A stretch of DNA of 64,000 nt from the NCBI GenBank assembly GCA_000165425.1, contig CT868208.1, forward strand, positions 372,001 to 436,000. The letters are read 5' to 3'. This stretch comes from Paramecium tetraurelia (lineage: Eukaryota). Below the pieces are notes generated by a model. That model ran no database searches, had not been told where the DNA came from, and saw only the letters and a program-made list of their open reading frames with translations. Position numbers and translations under genes: made by a program. Shown here piece by piece: positions 1-15,051 of this stretch (the first letter of the stretch is position 1; every line of letters starts with the position of its first letter).

Positions 1-647
1 TTAATAATTAATAATAGCAATAATAAATAAGTTACACAATTCCGTTACAATAAAATATCTAACAGAATACTTATTAACAATAATAGACTTAATAACAACC
101 AATTAATTAGTAAAATTATTAATAATAATTAAACCCTCAATAATATTAATAATTACTAGAATAGTAGAATTTTCTCTAGTAATAATTGATAAGGGCATAA
201 TAATAGATATAATAGATGCAGTAATAAACACAACAAACAACATAAACTACTAATTAGCAATAGGGAGATTTTCCTCAATTTCCTTCTTATGTATTACATT
301 AAGATCATTAGTCCTTTGTGTAAACATTCTCAAACGGAATACCTTAATAGTAATAGCATTAGTAATAGTAATAATAATAAACATTTAATTCTAAACCGAG
401 GAATGTTATTTCAAGTGAAAATCAAAGCGTTTCAATAGTTTCATCATAATAGAACGATAAATATACTTTTGATCTAGATTTTGGAGTTCAAAAAAATCCC
501 CAAAATACTTACACTCAATAAGCCTTAAAGAAAATGACTCAGAAGCAATCTTCAGTTAAATCAAATATTCCAATAGAGGAAGAAGAAGAGCCAGAGGAAG
601 GTAAAATAGAAGTTAGAAAAGATTTAAGAAATCTACTTTTTGATTGA
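1..647 (+). CDS. 3' end of a gene, Gln-rich low-complexity C-terminus (partial; start lies outside the window)
   Basis: Frame from position 3 is open under code 6 with runs of TAA/TAG/CAA (poly-Q). It ends ...EEEEEPEEGKIEVRKDLRNLLFD* at TGA 645-647. Confidence 0.75.
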
Positions 648-690
648 AATGCATAATTAGTAAATAAAATATCTTTATTATAATTATTTA

Positions 691-3600
691 ATGAATAATA
701 CTCTCATCAACCTATCTGCAGAAATATTGCAAGCCTTAGACATTAAGAAATATTAATAAAAAGATGTAATTTGAGTTCTAAAATTACTTAGTTGAATCGA
801 ACCACTTAGAGGCTGAGATAAAGCGAGCTAGGATATAATGATGGAAGGCCTATTTGTTTAAATAAAATCTACTAAGAGAGAGAGGACGAGGAAGTTTACA
901 ATGAAATACGAATGAGGAAGGCAAAGCCCATGTATAAATTAATGTTTGGCACAGAATTTCATATCAAAGACTTATCAAACAGATTGAAAGTGTTGCTAAA
1001 AGAGTTGGGTGTTCATGTTGCAGCTGAAGATACAAGGGGATTGAGTAGTCAAATAACATTGGCATTTGTGGATATTTTAGAAGAAATATACATTATATAT
1101 AAGCAAACTGCAATGCAAGGAGAAGATGGCTAATAGTACTTCATGAAAAGTGTGATGAATGTATTGACTACATATAGAGGATATGACTTCATAATTATAG
1201 AACCCAATTATAATGAAGTTTAGCTTTCAGTACTTTACTCAACAATGTATGAGGTGGATAGTCAAATAGACAGGATAATGGCCTAGACTCTACATTAGGA
1301 AAATGATTAAAGTAAACAAATTATTGAGTATGGAACATTTAATGAGGACTTTAAAAATTATTAAGATGCTGTGAATATGGAACCATTAAATTTTGAATAC
1401 AATTGGGAAATCGAATATAAAGAAGAAGAGCAATAAGAAATGGAATAAATTGAAGTAATTGAAGATGCAGGGATTATCAATTATTTACCAGAATTTGATA
1501 AGCAATTTCATATATATATAGTGGAAGCATAGCCAGAAAAAAATTGGTAATAATTGATATATGAATTATTAAAAGACTTATGTGATAAGAATTTGTCAAA
1601 TTTAGTTTTGGAATAGAAATTTTATGGAATATTAAAAAATATATATGCTGCATAATATTTATTGATTCATAGAAAGGATATAGTTAAATTTTTGAGTAAT
1701 AAGAAATTCTTGGAATAATACAATTATTAATAGAAACAAAACATGAAAAATAAAGAGACAGCTTCTTCAAATTATCAATTACTTGCTAAAATTGGGATAG
1801 ATATTGATTAGGAAGAATTGTTGGTACTAAGAAAATTAGAACTTAAAAGTCTACAAAAAATATCGAGTACATTGTAAGAAGGTTTAATAGAATTTGATCC
1901 AGAATAATATACAAGAATGGAACAATAAACTTTGCTTAGATATTTTCCTACCTCTACAAGAACAGATAAATTAGAATATCTATATATACGAATTGATCCC
2001 TTGCCAAAGAAGCCAATTAAGGAAGATTCATTGATTCCTATATATGATCTTCCAGAATGGGCAAGGAAAGCATTTGAAGGGACAAAACGTCTTAATGTGA
2101 TTCAATCATAAATATATCCAAAAGCATTTTTGACTGAAGAAAATCTATTAGTATGTGCACCTACCGGAGCAGGTAAAACTAATATAGCATTGTTGGCCAT
2201 TCTGCAAGAATTATCTAAGAGAGTAGATCAAAAAGAGAAAAGATTGAAAGATTAAGATTTTAAGATTGTCTATATATCACCAATGAAAGCATTGGCTAGT
2301 GAAATTGTTGAAAAATTCTAAACAAAACTTAGGTATTTGGGAGTAAAAGTGAAAGAGTTTACAGGAGATATGTAATTATCGAAGAAAGAATTGTAAGAAA
2401 CACATATTATATTGACAACACCAGAAAAATGGGATGTTATTACTAGAAAAACAAATTAAATTAGTGAGCAATTAAAACTATTAATTATTGATGAAGTTCA
2501 TTTACTTAATGATGATAGAGGTCCAATATTAGAATGTGTTGTTGCTCGTACACTCTAATAAGTTTAAAGAGCTCAAAGTTATATCAGATTAGTAGGTTTA
2601 TCTGCGACACTTCCAAATTATTGGGACGTTGCTATATTTTTGGAATGTCATAAAGATAGTGTGTTCTTTTTTGATCATACATTCAGACCAGTACCATTAT
2701 GTCAAAAATTCATAGGATGTAAAGAACCTGTCTAAGCACCTGCTAAGGGATAAAGAAGAAGAACTAAAAGAGATATCCAAAACGAATAAGCTTATGAATT
2801 AATGAAAGAAGTGGTGAAGCATAACAAGCAAGTTCTCATCTTTGTGCATTCTCGTAAAGAGACTGTTAATTATGCTAAATGGATAGTGGAAAGGGCCACT
2901 CGTTTAGGTGATAAGTATGTTATTGGAACAACTAAAATCAATTGTACTAAGGTAAATGATAATGAATTAAAAAAATTATTGCCTTATGGATTGGCATTCC
3001 ATCATGCTGGTATGTTAAGGGCAGATCGTAATTCAGTTGAAAGGTTTTTTTTAAGTGGAGATGCAAGAGTATTGATAGCCACAGCCACTTTAGCTTGGGG
3101 TGTTAACTTGCCTGCTTTTGCTGTTATTATTAAAGGAACAGACATCTTTGATGTTACTCGAGCAGACATGTAGAATTTATGTGTTTTGGACGTGTAATAA
3201 ATGTTTGGTAGAGCTGGTAGACCTTAGTTTGATGATAAGGGAGAAGCTACCTTGATAACTGATTTCGATAATGTAGGCCATTATATGGGCATGTTAAACA
3301 ACGCCAGCTATATTGAAAGCAAATTATTAACATTCCTAAGGGAAGCCTTAAATGCAGAAATAGTATTAGGAAATATCACTAATTATAATGAAGCATATAA
3401 TTGGATGTGTCATACATTCTTAAGTATCAGATTAAGAAGAAATCCTATGTATTATGGTGTTGAAAGGGCATATCATGATTTGGAATTAGATTGTGATGCT
3501 TTAGTGTAAGAAAAGATTAATGAGGCTTTGAAATAGTTGGATACATTAAAATTGGTGAGGTTTGACTCTAGGAATCATCTAGTTACATCGACAGACTTAG

Positions 3601-6600
3601 GTAGAATTGCTTCTCATTATTATATCAAATGTGAAACCATGAAGGTTCTATGTGATGAAATGGGTTTGTCCTTTGATTCATAGGAGAACTAAAAATTCCA
3701 CTTTTAAACTTAATATTAATTGCTTAAGATTGTGGCTAAAGCCAAAGAATTTGAGATGATTCGAGTCAGACCTGAAGAAACCAAAGAATTGTAGAAGATT
3801 TATGATGAAGCTTGGGTTTTTGAAGATGAGCCTGACATTAGAGGGGAATCTAGCGATAGTATTATAGAAACTTAAGAGAAAGTCATTGCACTTATTAGTG
3901 CATATCTTATTAAAATGAATTTTGAAAATTATGCATTAACAATGGATACTAATATTATTATTTAAAATGCTATAAGATTATTGAGATGTATGTTGGATAT
4001 GGCAATCAAGAAAAATCAAGCATGTATGGCACTTGAATTACTGAAACTGTGTAAGATGATTGAAAATAGAATTTGTCCTCAATAGAACCCACTCTTTTAA
4101 TTTAGTAAGGATAACTTTTAAGGGTTTAATACTCGAAAAATAGCGAAATCTTAAGATGCATATATGCCTAGAGCCTGGTTAGGTGCTGTGGCTGAATGCG
4201 AATTAGATGCTTATTAGATGAAGTTAGAAAATGATGCTGTTTTGGCAAATTTGTTATCAATTCCTGAGAACTTGATTTCTTAATTTAAAGCCTACTTAAA
4301 TATGATACCTGATTTTGAAATTGAATATACAGTTAAACCAATCTCTCAAACTATTTTGTAATTGATAGTTTTCATTACCCCTTATTTTACATTCAGTAAT
4401 AAATGGCACTTAAAGAATGAGCCATTTTGGATATTTGTTGATGACTCTGAAGAACTACTGCATTCTGAAGAGTTTTTAATGGATATGGATACTATTATTC
4501 ATCAAAAAACTATGTAAGTATCCTTTTATGTGCCATTTAATTCAAAAGGAAAGAAATACCATTTGACAATTCAAAGTGATAGATGGATAATGTTAAATGA
4601 TGATTAAACTAGTATGTAGATTGAACTATAAAATGTTTTATAGGATAACGATGAGATGGATTTTACAGAGTTATTTGATTTGCAACCTTTACCAATTAAA
4701 GTATTAAACAATATTGAATTTGAACAATTATATGAGTAGTATAAATACTTTAATCCTATTTAAACTTAAGTGTTTTTTGGGCTCTACAACACTGATGACA
4801 ATATCCTGATTGGAGCGCCTACAGGATCAGGTAAAACAATAATGGCTGAGTTCGCAATGTTACGAGTGTTCAAATAATCCCCTTAATTCAAAATTGTTTA
4901 TATAGCACCATTGAAAGCCATTGCTAAAGAGAGACTATTAGACTGGACTAAGAGATTGAAGAATATCAATAAAAATGTACTTGAATTAACAGGAGATTAC
5001 ACCCCTGATTTATAAGCACTGTTAAAGGCTCATGTGTTAATAACAACACCAGAGAAATGGGATGGTATTAGTAGAAGTTGGAATAATAGAGAATATGTGA
5101 AATAGACATGTCTATTAATTTTTGATGAAATTCATCTTCTTGGATAAGAGAGAGGTTAAGTCTTAGAAGTAATAGTAAGTAGAATGAACTCATTAAGTTA
5201 TGATACAAATAAAAAAACCAGAATGATTGGGTTGTCAACAGCAATGGCAAATGGATTGGATGTGAGTAACTGGTTTGGAGTCAAGAAAGGAAGATTCTAT
5301 AATTTTAAACCATCTTGTCGACCTGTCCCTGTCACTATTCACTTTAATGGATTTCCAGAAAGAGCCTATTGTCCTAGAATGGCTACTATGAATAAACCAG
5401 CTTATCAAGATATTAAGAGATATAGTGATGGTAAACCAACCATCATTTTTGTATCTTCTCGTAGACAAACTCGTTTAACAGCTTTGGATATTATAGCTTT
5501 GGCTATGTAAGAAGGCAATGAAAAACAATATATATAAACAACTGAGTAAGAATTAGCTTAAGTGTGTAACAAAGTTGATGATGCATAATTAAAATAAGTC
5601 TTGTTATATGGAGTTGGAATTCATCATTCAGGACTTGATAAAAATGATAGAAATATAGTCGAAAATCTATTCGTTTAAGGAAAGATTCAATTATTGATAG
5701 CTACATCTACCTTAGCTTGGGGAGTGAACTTCCCTGCTAGATTGGTTATAGTTAAAGGTACTGAATTTTTTGATCCAAAATTAAAGAAATATGTAGATTT
5801 TCCTGTTACAGATCTATTATAAATGATAGGAAGAGCTGGTAGACCTTAATATGATACTTTTGCTACTGCTTGTGTCTATGTGGAATAAAGCAAGAAGAAT
5901 TTCTATCGTAAATATCTAAACTCTCCTTTCCCTATTGAATCAAGTTTACTCTAAGGCATTTCAGATCATATTAATGCTGAAATCTCATCTGGAGTGGTTA
6001 AAAACAACTAAACATTTATAGATTGGATTACTTGGACATACTTCTTCAGAAGATTAATCAAAAATCCCACTTTCTATGATTGTCCTACCACAAATACTAA
6101 AGAGATCTAATTATATTTGAATAAACTAATTGCTAATACTATCAGTGAATTAGTTTCATCAAATTGTATTACTTAACAAGATGGATAATATGAATCAACA
6201 TTCTTGGGTAATCTAGCTGCATTTTATTATCTTAAACACACTACTTTAAAGCATTTTGATGATAGAATTTAAAAACAGAGCAATTTTGAAGATTTATTAC
6301 ATACTTTAGCATATTCTAGTGAATTCAATGAAGTACCTGTTAGACATAATGAAGAACATTTAAATGAAGCCTTATCCAAATTATGCAAGTTGAAATATGA
6401 CAAACACAAAATGAACCATCCTAATGAAAAAGCTTACCTATTGCTTTAAGCTCACATTTTCAGATTAAAATGTCCTCTTAAAGATTTTGAGACAGATCAA
6501 AAACTTATTTTAGATTAATGTATTAGAATCATAGGCTGTATGATTGAAGTATCTGCCAGTAAAGGATATCTTCAAACTACACTTAATATTATATATATGT

Positions 6601-7130
6601 TATAAACGATTGTTTAAGGTTTTGTCAAAAACGAAGAGTAGATTCTAATGAATTTACCTCATTTGCACAAACTTAAACATGAGTAATGCATAAATAGAGT
6701 TAGGAATATCAAAGACTTATTGTAGTTTTATAATGTAATTATATAATCGTAATTTTAGCTGAGGGAATTTGATAGTTTCCTATAAAATAATGTTCATCAT
6801 AAAGAAGGCATTTCTGAAATTATGAAAGCTATAAATGCATTACCTGATATTTAATTAGCTTTCACTAAAACTGAAAACTAACTAAAAGTCAATCTCAAAA
6901 ATGAAAGCACACCTGACAACAAAGTTTATATTTAGAAGCTTAATAAACAAAGAGAAGCTTCCTGGTGGCTAATCCTTGGAGAAGATGATCGAATTGTTTA
7001 AATGAAAAAGGTTTACTTAAAGAGTACTGCTAGCAAAGACCTTGATGTTGAGGGTTGGACTAGACATTACAAATTGTACTTGATGTCAGATTCGTATTTG
7101 GGGTTGGATTAGATTATTGATATTAAATGA
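691..7130 (+). CDS. ASCC3: ASCC3/Slh1-like tandem Ski2-like helicase with Sec63 domains (~2130 aa)
   Basis: Two helicase cassettes ([23 protein letters not shown] and [21 protein letters not shown]) plus the ASCC3-type segment [19 protein letters not shown]...[13 protein letters not shown]. Introns at 766-791 and 6735-6758; spliced length is divisible by 3. Confidence 0.92.
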
Positions 7131-7229
7131 TAAACTGATCTGTGATTTTCATAGATCATCATTATTATAAATATAGTTGTAAGAGATTATTCATGCCCAA
7201 TAATAAACTATAATTAATATGATTAATCA

Positions 7230-7920
7230 TCAGGTTTGCTTGGTCTTTAATATTTTAACTGTTAGCTTTTGCTCAGTCAATACGTACACAACTCCTCCCC
7301 ATCCAGATAAGGAATCCCTATCACAACCACTCACTAAACTTTGGCCAATGACTTCCTCCAATTCTTCTGGACTCAAGTCAGGTTTGAAGAATGCTTCACA
7401 TGCACCATAGATACTAAATGTGATTAATAATATTTATACTAATTTCCTCCAGTTCCTCCAACCTAAAAGTCATCCAAATCTGATTTGCAGCCAATCGAAT
7501 CGTATGTTGCTAAAATGGGTTTACCATTTTCAAGACCAGCCACTATTGGAGTGACAAAGAATGGACCGAATCTTAAATTTTAATTGAGTATTGATACCTT
7601 CTCTCATATAATGCAGATGCAACTAAATTTGCAAAAGTTGTTGGTTTCATTTTTCTATTTTCTTTTAAATTGTATAAGTTGATCTCCTTCTCCATCAATG
7701 CGTAACTAATTTAAATACACTAAATTTACAATGTGTGAATATCTGAATTTAGACCTGATAATGCTAATAAAATGTTGTCCTGAATCTTAAACACTTTTTG
7801 GTAATTAGTTGTGATTGTAGACATTTATTGACCGAATCTTCTATCGCAAGCCATAGCAATACAGTTTTTTCCTTTCATACCAACTATGGATCCACCATTA
7901 TATTCAAAAATTCCAGACAT
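7230..7920 (-). CDS. PSMB3: 20S proteasome subunit beta type-3
   Basis: [30 protein letters not shown]..., [27 protein letters not shown], ends KTKQT*. Three micro-introns. Confidence 0.95.
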
Positions 7921-8219
7921 TAGGATAATTAATTATATATATTATATAAATTTTAATTTAAAAACTTATGCTATAAAACAATTGAAATTATAATACTTAA
8001 TCACAATCAGACATTCAAATCAATAATTTCAATATTGATACATTCCAATCAGTCTTTAGAAGTTTAAAAATTAGAAATTACAAAAATTCGACTCTTTATT
8101 TTATGTTTAATTAGATTGGATAAATAAAGCTTTATGTTTTGATTCTGATGGATTAACTTTATTTTTTATGATATTAAAATTTTTATATAAAGCCTTAATT
8201 ATTTTAAGAAAAAAGAAAA

Positions 8220-8975
8220 ATGTTTGCTCGACAGATGGGTGCAAATAATGATTATATCAATTAAGAATAGATCATTCCTATAAATATCAGAATGATGAAA
8301 TAAATCAAGGTTTCGCCTTGTGAAAAAAAGGCTATGTTAAACAAAACTAATATTACCTACTTAAATGTAATAGGTAGAAAACAAAATTGCTTTCAATAAT
8401 TAAATAAGGGGATAATTACCATCAACGATGATACAGAGTGTATTAATCTTGTCATAAATCTCATATCGGAATTCGATCAAAATTTATTTAATAAAATCAA
8501 TTAAGACTGTCCCAAACTATATTACTATAATTTTATTTTGAGAGCTAGAGTATACAAACGAGAAATTATCTTTGATATTTAGACTATTCAACAAGTAAAT
8601 TAATCAGCAATGATAATTTACTAAATGATAAAGATCTTAACTTGGGCAAGATTACATGAAGGTTAGAAATAGTAGACTTAATCGAGAATAGAGAACGAAG
8701 AAGATCAATAGATTCTCATTGAAGTCAGTAATTTGAATGAAGATGTAAAAATCAATAATATTTATTATAGATCTTGACATACCTGGGTTAAAATTCAAGA
8801 CAAGGAAAGACCTTAAATGAAATAATAGAGTATTTTAGAATTCTGAATAATATTGAACCATAGGATATCAAGTATTAATTATATATATATAAATAGAAAA
8901 TCTATTGCATTTCTATTAAAAGATGGAAAAATAGAAAATTAATTTGATGTATTCAGCCTAGTTATTCATAGATGA
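8220..8975 (+). CDS. RPA32/Teb2/Stn1-like OB-fold plus winged-helix protein (234 aa)
   Basis: Introns at 8745-8770 and 8872-8896. N-terminal IIPINIRMMKQI..LNVIG..ITINDDTECI resembles the RPA2 OB fold; C-terminal ILTYLGQNSRQGKTLNEIIEYF..DIKKSIAFLLKDGKIENQFD resembles the RPA2 winged helix. Confidence 0.55.
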
Positions 8976-9163
8976 ATTACACTATATGTATTTTTAGATT
9001 ATAGTTATATATAATTAAATTGTTAATCTCAATAATTTTGGATTTGATCTTTTATTAATTAAAACGTAAAACTATATTCGCAAATATAACATGATTCAAA
9101 TTTAAATATAATAGATTGAGACAATAGTTATTATAAAAATTGCAATAATATAGCTATAGATAA

Positions 9164-11083
9164 TCACATCTTCCCAAAAGAACCTTCATCCTTTTTCTTT
9201 GGCTTTTTGATCTATTTGGCCTCATCGATTAGTTAATTAAAATGATTTTTTTCACTATTTTCATCAATTGTATTGCCATCTGATTCAGATTCATAAAATG
9301 ATTACTCAGGACTAGACTCACTTGATTAACCAAATTGACTATAACTTCTGTTACTTAAATCAGCTTTAGAATCCATAGACTTAGTTTTTTTTAGATTTTC
9401 TCTCTATGTTGGTTTTTTGTATTTGACTCTAACATTCTTTTTTAGATATTCTTCATTTAAAGTATCATTTCTAATTTAAGATCTATTAACTTCTCCCAAA
9501 ATTTACAATATTTCCTATTAAATAGAATTAACATATAACTTCTGGTTAAGTGGAATCGATATCTTCAGTTATTATTTTTTGTAAATGTTGAAATAACTCT
9601 ACATCTTTGCCCCTTGGATATATGGTGTGTAAATTGATTCTATCGTCTTCATATGATAGCTTTGATTTTTCCAATTTGGATAACATCTTGATACTCCAAG
9701 TGTAGAGTTTCTATTTCATGATTTCTGCTTTTTTGGCTTTCTCATCAACACTATAAAATTATTTGTAAAACTCAGAATCTACTCCCTTTTTAGAGGGTTT
9801 AGCATTCATTTCCATATCTTAGACTTCATCCTTTAATTATTGCAATTTAGTTCTAAAGTGGGATATAAAAATACTTCAAATCTTCGTTCGTCTACTTCAA
9901 TTTATCAATCTTTTGTTCACTTCCAGCAATAGTACCTAATAATTAACTTGAATAGCCTAACCTAATAATGAACCATAAGTTGATTCTTTAGTCAAAAACT
10001 TTTGAACTATTTCTTATGCTTCCTAGATTCCAGTGGCTGTTTTTATTTCTTGGAATGCTCCTTCAACAATTAAAAATTTTTTCATTTCTTTTTCCATCTT
10101 ATTCTTGAGAAGGGAATGTACAACTTTGTGAGTCAACAACAGTTTTCTCCATTTTTTCTAAAATACATTGTGTATATAAAATTAACCTCATTTGCACCCT
10201 TGTCATTGCTTGCATGTTCAGCAATCTCTTTTTATTTCATCATTCTTTCATTTCTTTTCTCCTTAGCAGCCAATTGTACTTTTATTTATTAATTATATTA
10301 AGCGATTTATCGTTTCCTATTATTTTTCTCGATTTCGATATTCTAATACTAAGTTAATACAAAATACATTCATCATTTCATCACATAACTTCCTTGTCAT
10401 TTAATTAAGTTAGATAGACTCCCATTATTTAGCATCAGCTTATGAGGCCTCAGCCTTGATTCTGTGAAACATCTCTGCCATTTCATTTAGTTTTTTCTTG
10501 AAACATAGAATGTCATGTTTTAATCTACTTATTACGTGATTATAAGATTTCTCATTCATCTAACTATCTTCAAATCTTTATTTCGACAGTATGTAATCAC
10601 ATTTTGAAGACTCCAATTCCTTGTTTAACTCAGTTGCATTGGTGATCAGCTCCGCTTCCTCCAAACTTAACTATTATATTAAATCCTAAATGTAAGTGAT
10701 AGTAATTCACTTTGAATTGTTAAATTTCTTTATCAGTTCTTAATGATTGCGTATGATATGCATCATATTCTCTCCTTAATTCGCCTAATTTCGAATGGAC
10801 TTCTCGCTCTTCCATCTAAAACAGTTAAAACTAGGTTTTGTTATAGAATTTTACACTTTCTTTTTATTGTTATGGTGATCCATTATAATTATTCAGAGAA
10901 CCTAAAATCACACTCAAGTCCTATTTTCTGTAATTCTAATTATCTCATACTTAATAGCTTTTTATATTGATCTCAAAGCGACAACTTATGAGCTAGCTAA
11001 TCTTTCTGTTTTGTTCCTCGGGGATGCACTAAATATCTAAGACTCCTTTAAGTAAAATTTATGTTTACTTCCTTCGAATACAT
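9164..11083 (-). CDS. Long coiled-coil protein, outer-dynein-arm docking complex (CCDC151/ODA-DC)-like
   Basis: Multi-exon code-6 ORF MYSKE...KKKDEGSFGKM*, heptad-rich. Contains VEGAFQEIKTATGIQEAQEIVQKF, which resembles the AFxxIKxATG motif of docking-complex coiled-coil subunits. Confidence 0.5.
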
Positions 11084-11373
11084 AAGATTTCAATTATAAT
11101 AAAAATATTATCACATTTATTTGGAGGAAAATTGAGCAAAATTAAACATATGAGTTCCTTAAAAGAATATAAATATAAAATTAACAGATTTATAATTTCT
11201 CATTTTTCGGTTGATTAATATAACAATAAATATTTTAGTGAATACATACAGATTTTTAATTTTAATTTCTACTAGGGTAACCACATCTTAAAATTGAGTG
11301 CTAAGTAAAATAATTATTAATCACAACTTCTTCAAAATAAAATATATAATTTAATGATATTTTTAACTGATTA

Positions 11374-12369
11374 ATGCTTTATTAAGATTCTAGAAGGGGG
11401 ATTTATTAAAATTACTAAGACCAAGCTAAATTGAATCGACCTAGATCCATTTCAAATAATGCCATTTCATATAGTATCCAAAACCAATAGCAGAAATATA
11501 AGACTGATATTGCTTCCAATTATCAAACATCAATCAGTGAGGTTAGACAAGTTAATCAGAATCAAAGAAATCACTCTCTCATTTAAGGAGGAGAAAACAA
11601 TCCCAAAATACTTAATCAACAACAACCCTGCGATTATAACAATTTTCATGCTATTAAATACACAAATGAAATATTGAAGGAAAGATTGAAAACTGCAACT
11701 TAATGCAGAAATAATCATATAGATTAAATTAAAGAGGCAAGGTCTTAGGAAAAATAATAAAAAATTGCAAATAGTTCCCAAACTAGATAAATAAAATAAA
11801 GTGACAATGATTTGTAAAATCTTTTGAGATTAACTAAAACTGAAGCCGTCAATCATAATAAGACTGATCATAGTAAAGTTACTAGTTCAGATATCAGATA
11901 GAGAATGAAGAATTACCCTTAAAAGTCATCGAGTCCTTCGAGAAAAACACACACTAGACCAAGATCATCGATGGAGGACAAGAGTGTGACCATCATGTCA
12001 TTTTAGTTAAAGGATATGAAAGAAAATATACAGTCAAAAGATTTGTAAAAGATCTGTTACGATATGGGTTATCATGTGGTAAAATTTGATAGGGATTACG
12101 ATAAAATAAACAACAGACTCAATGGTCAAGGGTAGTTGTAAATAAGAGGAACTAGCAATGATAGTAAATTTCAGAATTTATAAGCGAATCTAAACAAAAA
12201 GGGAATCTACTTGGGGGATTAAAATTTGAACCTAAAAGATATTATTTCAAATAAATATTTACTAAAGAAATAGGAGCACTCGTAAGTTGAACCAAATTTA
12301 AATTAGGATGAAAAATTGTTCAATAATTTTTTGAAATTTTAGAGAAGGCAGAGAGGATAATTTATTTGA
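11374..12369 (+). CDS. Hypothetical protein: low-complexity N-half and a possible RRM-like C-terminal domain
   Basis: Open ATG..TGA in one frame (331 aa). C-terminal VTIMSFQLKDM..DLQKICYDMGYHVVKF..NGQGQLQIRG pattern. Confidence 0.65.
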
Positions 12370-12553
12370 TCATTACTTTTTATATATAAAATATCTTCAT
12401 TATATAATTGATTTTGACTTTTGAGTAATCGCGTTGATGGAATGACAATGGGGTGAGGGTGAAATTTGAATTAGTAAGGATATGGGGTTTGAATTATTTT
12501 CTATTACATAGAGTAGTTAAAGGATTTTGGTGTGAATATTAAATTTATCAAAT

Positions 12554-13138
12554 ATGCAATTTTTTCATTTATAGAGGACAGGAATGTTTAAGGAATTGAT
12601 AGCGAAGCAAAAATGTGAAGGTTAGCAAACGTAAAAGATGGATCATTAAAAGTTCGATATATTGGAGCAGTTAAAAGCATTTAAAAGCAATGATTCAAAT
12701 AATTAGTAAAAATAACTCCTATATTTTAGATAGAACAAATAGATTAAGATTAAGCAATTGGATTTGCCAAAGTTAATGAAAAGAATATATTCGGAGAAAA
12801 AACTCAAAGTTAACAGTTAGTAAGAGGGAAAACAATGTGAGAAGGCTGAAAGCAGTCTGAGTAAATCTAAGTTGCCCCCGAGGCTTTTGACGAGTGACAG
12901 GATTCCTCTTGGCAAGCCTAAATTGACCAATGTAGCTTCAACGGATAGGATTTCAACAGAATGCAAAGAAAGAAAGGATTACCTGAATTATACTTTCGGA
13001 ACTTAATTCAGACTTCGCACAACAAATATATCTCATTCAAATAGTAAAAGCATGATGGGTTAAAAAAGATCCACATCTCAAACAAGTAGAATAATGACAA
13101 CCTCATAATAAAGAGTGATTAACAAAATTTTTTAATGA
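12554..13138 (+). CDS. Hypothetical basic low-complexity protein (194 aa)
   Basis: Uninterrupted code-6 ORF from MQFFHLQRTGMFKEL to TGA 13136-13138; no recognisable domain. Confidence 0.55.
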
Positions 13139-13167
13139 AAACTAATTTATTTATTTTATAATTTATA

Positions 13168-14156
13168 ATGAATTAATAAAGTTTCGTGTAAGTAAATTAA
13201 GAACATGATTAAATAAAAAAAAGAGTCAACTCGCTTAAATTTTAATTAAAGGACATTGATTAGAAGAACTTCATACTCCATAATAAATTGAAAGACTTGA
13301 GACAATTATCACCCAATGGTAGAAAATCACCAATTGCATAATTACAAGAATAATTGGGCTTGGATAGGAAACTAATTAGGGAGTAATTTAAACCCATAAT
13401 TGAGAGGGAAGGAATTTATGTAAGAAATGAGAGACTGAAAACTGAATCCTAATTACAAAACTCAAGAAACATAGAAATTTAACAGAAAAAAAAAAGGGTC
13501 AAATAAATTGAAGATTAGGATTCAGAAGTAATAAGAAGGAAGGCTGAGTACTATGAAAAAAAGATCAATGAAGTTAGACAACGACAATTGCAAGAAATGG
13601 AAATGAATAAATTAATAGTTCATAAGAAAATAGTTGAAATAAATAATCTTAAGAAACAAGAATAATAATTATTAGGAGAAATCTCTCTGTATTATATAGA
13701 TCCTAATTTAGGGCAAAATAAAAGGAGTAATCATTAAATGGCAGGTTCTGTAATGTTGTTCTTTCTACTGATAATAGCATTATGTTGCCAACAATCTAGA
13801 AGACAAACAGCAGAATGAGCTAACAATCTCATCACAAATAAAGACTTGTGTTGGGTAGTCATTCTGTTCAAAGATCTGATAAATTTGTAGAAAGATTATA
13901 ACGAAATGATACAAAAAATAACCATAGTTCTTTTGTCGACTACGATGAAAATAGGAGATTAAGAATAGAATAAAGAAAATGCTCTTAATCAATAGATTAA
14001 TTAAATATAGGTTGTCAGACAAGTTTTATAATGTCAGATAAAATCTATGAGAGTGTTCAATACTCAGAAAACTTTGATTCTTATTGTAGTAACAATTAGG
14101 AAGATTCTTCTGAGATTGTTTAAACCTAATAATCAAAATAAAAAAGTAAAAAATGA
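13168..14156 (+). CDS. Hypothetical coiled-coil protein
   Basis: ATG after an A/T-rich leader; Q/E/K-rich heptads; one micro-intron near 13750-13778; ends QSKQKSKK*. Confidence 0.65.
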
Positions 14157-14361
14157 ACTTATTATTATAAAACTAATATGCACCCTTTCTTTTTCACAAT
14201 ATTCTTTAGTCTTTCCTGCAAACTTGAATTGATTATGAAGTTTTACCTGTCATCTGTGATCAAACCTATTCGAAAAATGCTCAGAGTTGTTAATTTCTAT
14301 GTTGTTATTATCTTATTGATTCGGAATTTGAAAAAAAAATTAAATTAATTAAAAGGATTCA

Positions 14362-14973
14362 ATGGGCAAACAATATGCTAGAGAACCAGCAGTTGCTAAA
14401 AATTCAGCCAAGGCTAAAGCCAGTGATTTGAGAACACACTTTAAGAATACCTATGAAGTAGCTAGAGCACTGAAGGGATAAACTGTTGCTTAAGCACTCA
14501 AATATTTACAAGATGTCTTATAACATAAGAGATGTGTTCCATTCACCAGATTTAATGGAGGTGTTGGTAGAACAAGTCAAGCCAAAGAATTCGGCAGATC
14601 TTAAGGTAAATTAATAAAACAATTAATATTATAGGTAGATGGCCAGAAAAGAGTGTCAGAATTGTATTGTCACTTTTACAAAATTTGGCAGCTAATGCTT
14701 AAGTCAAGAATTTGAGCAATGAGAAACTTATCATCAATCATGTCTAAGTTAACAGAGCCTAAAAGGGTAGACGTAGAACATACAGAGCTCACGGAAGAAT
14801 TAATCGTAAATAAATTTAATTAATAATATATAGCATTCCTTTCATCCAATGCACACATTGAAATATGGGCTGCTCAAAAAGATGAGAATGTCAAGAAAGA
14901 AGCAAATAATAAGGTTGTTGCTCGTTAATCAAGAAAATAAGTAGCTAAGAACAGATTGGCAATTGGTGCATGA
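14362..14973 (+). CDS. RPL17: 60S ribosomal protein L17 (uL22)
   Basis: [45 protein letters not shown]; two micro-introns. Confidence 0.97.
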
Positions 14974-15051
14974 GAATACATTAATATTAGTATAATATCT
15001 AAGTTAATATGTTTTTCAATATTCTTGTCATTTATTAAAACATAGTTTTTG

